Assembly: GCF_001194135.2 (NCBI RefSeq)
Contig: NC_068984.1
Span: forward strand, 75,325,103-75,360,752
Source of the DNA: Octopus bimaculoides
Lineage: Eukaryota
DNA length: 35,650 nucleotides
Direction of reading: 5' to 3'
Shown here: positions 33,821 to 35,650 of the stretch, piece after piece
How positions within the stretch are numbered: position 1 is the stretch's first letter
Layout: each line of letters begins with the position of its first letter
Notes under the pieces: model-generated
The model's database searches: none
The model's input: only the letters and a program-made list of their open reading frames with translations
Told to the model about the DNA's origin: nothing
Program-made: the position numbers and the translations under genes

Positions 33821-34132
33821 TTAGTTTCACTATATAAATATAGCCAGTGGTTGAACCTAAAAGTTCTTTGCAGAGCGAATAGAAAAAAAGCTGAACCAGT
33901 TTCGCGTAGCTATTGACGACTCACCGGGATTAACTACTCCGCCCGTTTAGCTCGGTTAAATGTAGCTTTATGAACGTATGCATATAAACATATTTACGAG
34001 TCATTCATTCACACAGGTGTGCGAGGGCGTTCCCAGTACTTTAGGTAATATACACAATAGACGAATATACTAATCGATGCTATCGGGGCCATTTATTATT
34101 TCTGATGAAAATATTATTTTTTGTAGCATAAA

Positions 34133-34497
34133 TGCAGGCATGGCTGTGTGGTTAAGAATATCGCTTCGCAACTACATGGTTTTAGGTTCAATCCTACAGC
34201 CATGACATTTTGGACAAACATCTATAGCTCCGAGTGAGTGAATTTGGAGGATGTAAACTGTGTGGAAGCTTGTTATTTGTGTCTGTGTTTCTTATCCCAC
34301 TACACCCCATACTGTTTGACAATCGATGTTGGCTTGTTCGCATCCCTGTAACCTAGGGATTTGGGCAAAAGAGACAGAGAATAAGTACCAAACTTCTGGA
34401 AAAAAATAAGCACTGCGGTCGATTTATTCGACTAAACTCTTCAAGGCTTTACCTCACCATGACTGCTGTTCAATGACTGAAACAAGTAAAAGATAGA
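34133..34497 (+). mobile_element. Full-length SINE family A copy without the internal microsatellite expansion
   Basis: TGGCTGTGTGGTTAAG A-box, GGTTCAATCC B-box, short TGTGTCTGTG linker, tail AATGACTGAAACAAGTAAAAG. Confidence 0.82.
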
Positions 34498-35650
34498 ATA
34501 AAAAATTAATCTTCATGTTGTTGTATATATTATTAAATTCCTTTATTTTAATTGGTGCGGGGTTTATGAATATAGAATTTAGTGCCAGCACTGTAAGTTA
34601 TAGAGTTTTGTATACGAATACGTCTAAGTAAACAATGCGAATGAAAGACAGAAAAAAAAGGTAATAAGTGTACATGCATATTTCAAGAATTATTGATCTT
34701 TCATCAGGACCACACCCAGCCCATCTACTGCCCGCGAACGTATTGCTTAAATGCCTACTAATTTTAGCGGTGTAACATTATTCGATAAAGCAATTTACAT
34801 ATTAAACACATTACTGGCAGATGGTACATAAATATTAATTACTAGCAAGGACACAGTATTTCATTTTTGCAACCGTAATATACTACCAAGTGCATTAAAG
34901 GTTTACAAGTCAATATTGTGTCTTACTTTTCGTTTTAGCAATGTGATATTCTCATTTTCAAGTGATAAACTCTAGATTTTCTATAGAATTCAGAGCTATT
35001 GTAAGAAAGATTTTAAGTCCTGTGACATTACAGGAGGATAGCAGCTCTTCGAAAGATATTTTGTGTTGCACTTAATGATTTACTCTTTCATATATTATCA
35101 GCTGTATACTAGAGTAAATAATCGGATAATTTATAGAAATGCAATGAAGGTGGATGGTTTGATTTATTGCTCAGTGTGTTATTTTTATGTGTGTGGGATG
35201 TACAAAAATATAAGTATTGATCCCATGCTTAACTGTCGCTTTATATTTTTAGTTTTTCTTCTTGCACATCTCATACAATTTATCAGATATTTTTTTTTAA
35301 TCATTAGTGATGTCTGCATGTAGATGCACATATTCTTACAAAAAAACGAACATATACAAGCGTACGTACTATACAAACCACTAACACATTCAAACACACA
35401 AATATACATACGAACACCAGCATGCGCCGGCTACGCGCAAACACAATCACACAAGTCCGTTACTGAATTAAAATCATTGACACTGATTCCACCGAAGAAT
35501 ATAATTTTCTCACGTTTCCTCAGCCAGGAGAATTCTTAATTTGCTCGTATTTTTAGGTGAAGATGGTTCAGGGTATTTTTAATACAAATTTCGAGTCTTA
35601 TGTGTGTGTATGCATTTAGATGCACAGATATATATATATATATATATATA

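Noticed and set aside
33893-33928. Minus-strand CCGGTGA-GTCGT..ACGC-GAAACTGGT as a hammerhead
   Set aside because: Two core substitutions, a bulged stem II, an imperfect stem III and no stem I; too degenerate to support.
329-35539. Dozens of ORFs rich in HT/YI/CV/ER/LS dipeptides, or containing X runs
   Set aside because: They are translations of dinucleotide or tetranucleotide microsatellites and N-gaps, with no coding signal.

Overview
Repeat-saturated, AT-rich animal genomic DNA with six N-gaps, all beside microsatellites. The SINE families resemble those I recall from octopus/cephalopod genomes (inference, no search run). No intact host gene, rRNA, tRNA gene or CRISPR array is supportable, and most ORFs in the track are microsatellite or N-gap artefacts. 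The window holds: (1) a degenerate, near-complete L1/Tx1-type LINE on + at about 9.5-14.4 kb, with an ORF1 zinc-knuckle remnant, APE endonuclease, RT, C-terminal zinc finger and (ATT)n tail; (2) a decayed pogo/Tigger (Jerky/TIGD-like) transposase on - at about 16.2-17.6 kb, seen only as fragments in the ORF track; (3) the 3' end of a CRE-like restriction-endonuclease-type retroelement on - at about 3.2-3.6 kb; (4) about 20 copies of at least four tRNA-derived SINE families, including two head-to-tail trimers and two copies with clear TSDs; (5) MITE-like pieces and a Tigger-like terminus. The best candidate for something undescribed is a degenerate minimal type-I hammerhead ribozyme fold at 21967-22007 inside a region with about 300-bp periodicity, possibly a retrozyme or Penelope-LTR relic. 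A weaker second candidate lies at 29035-29062. Both carry core mutations and are hypotheses, not demonstrated active systems.
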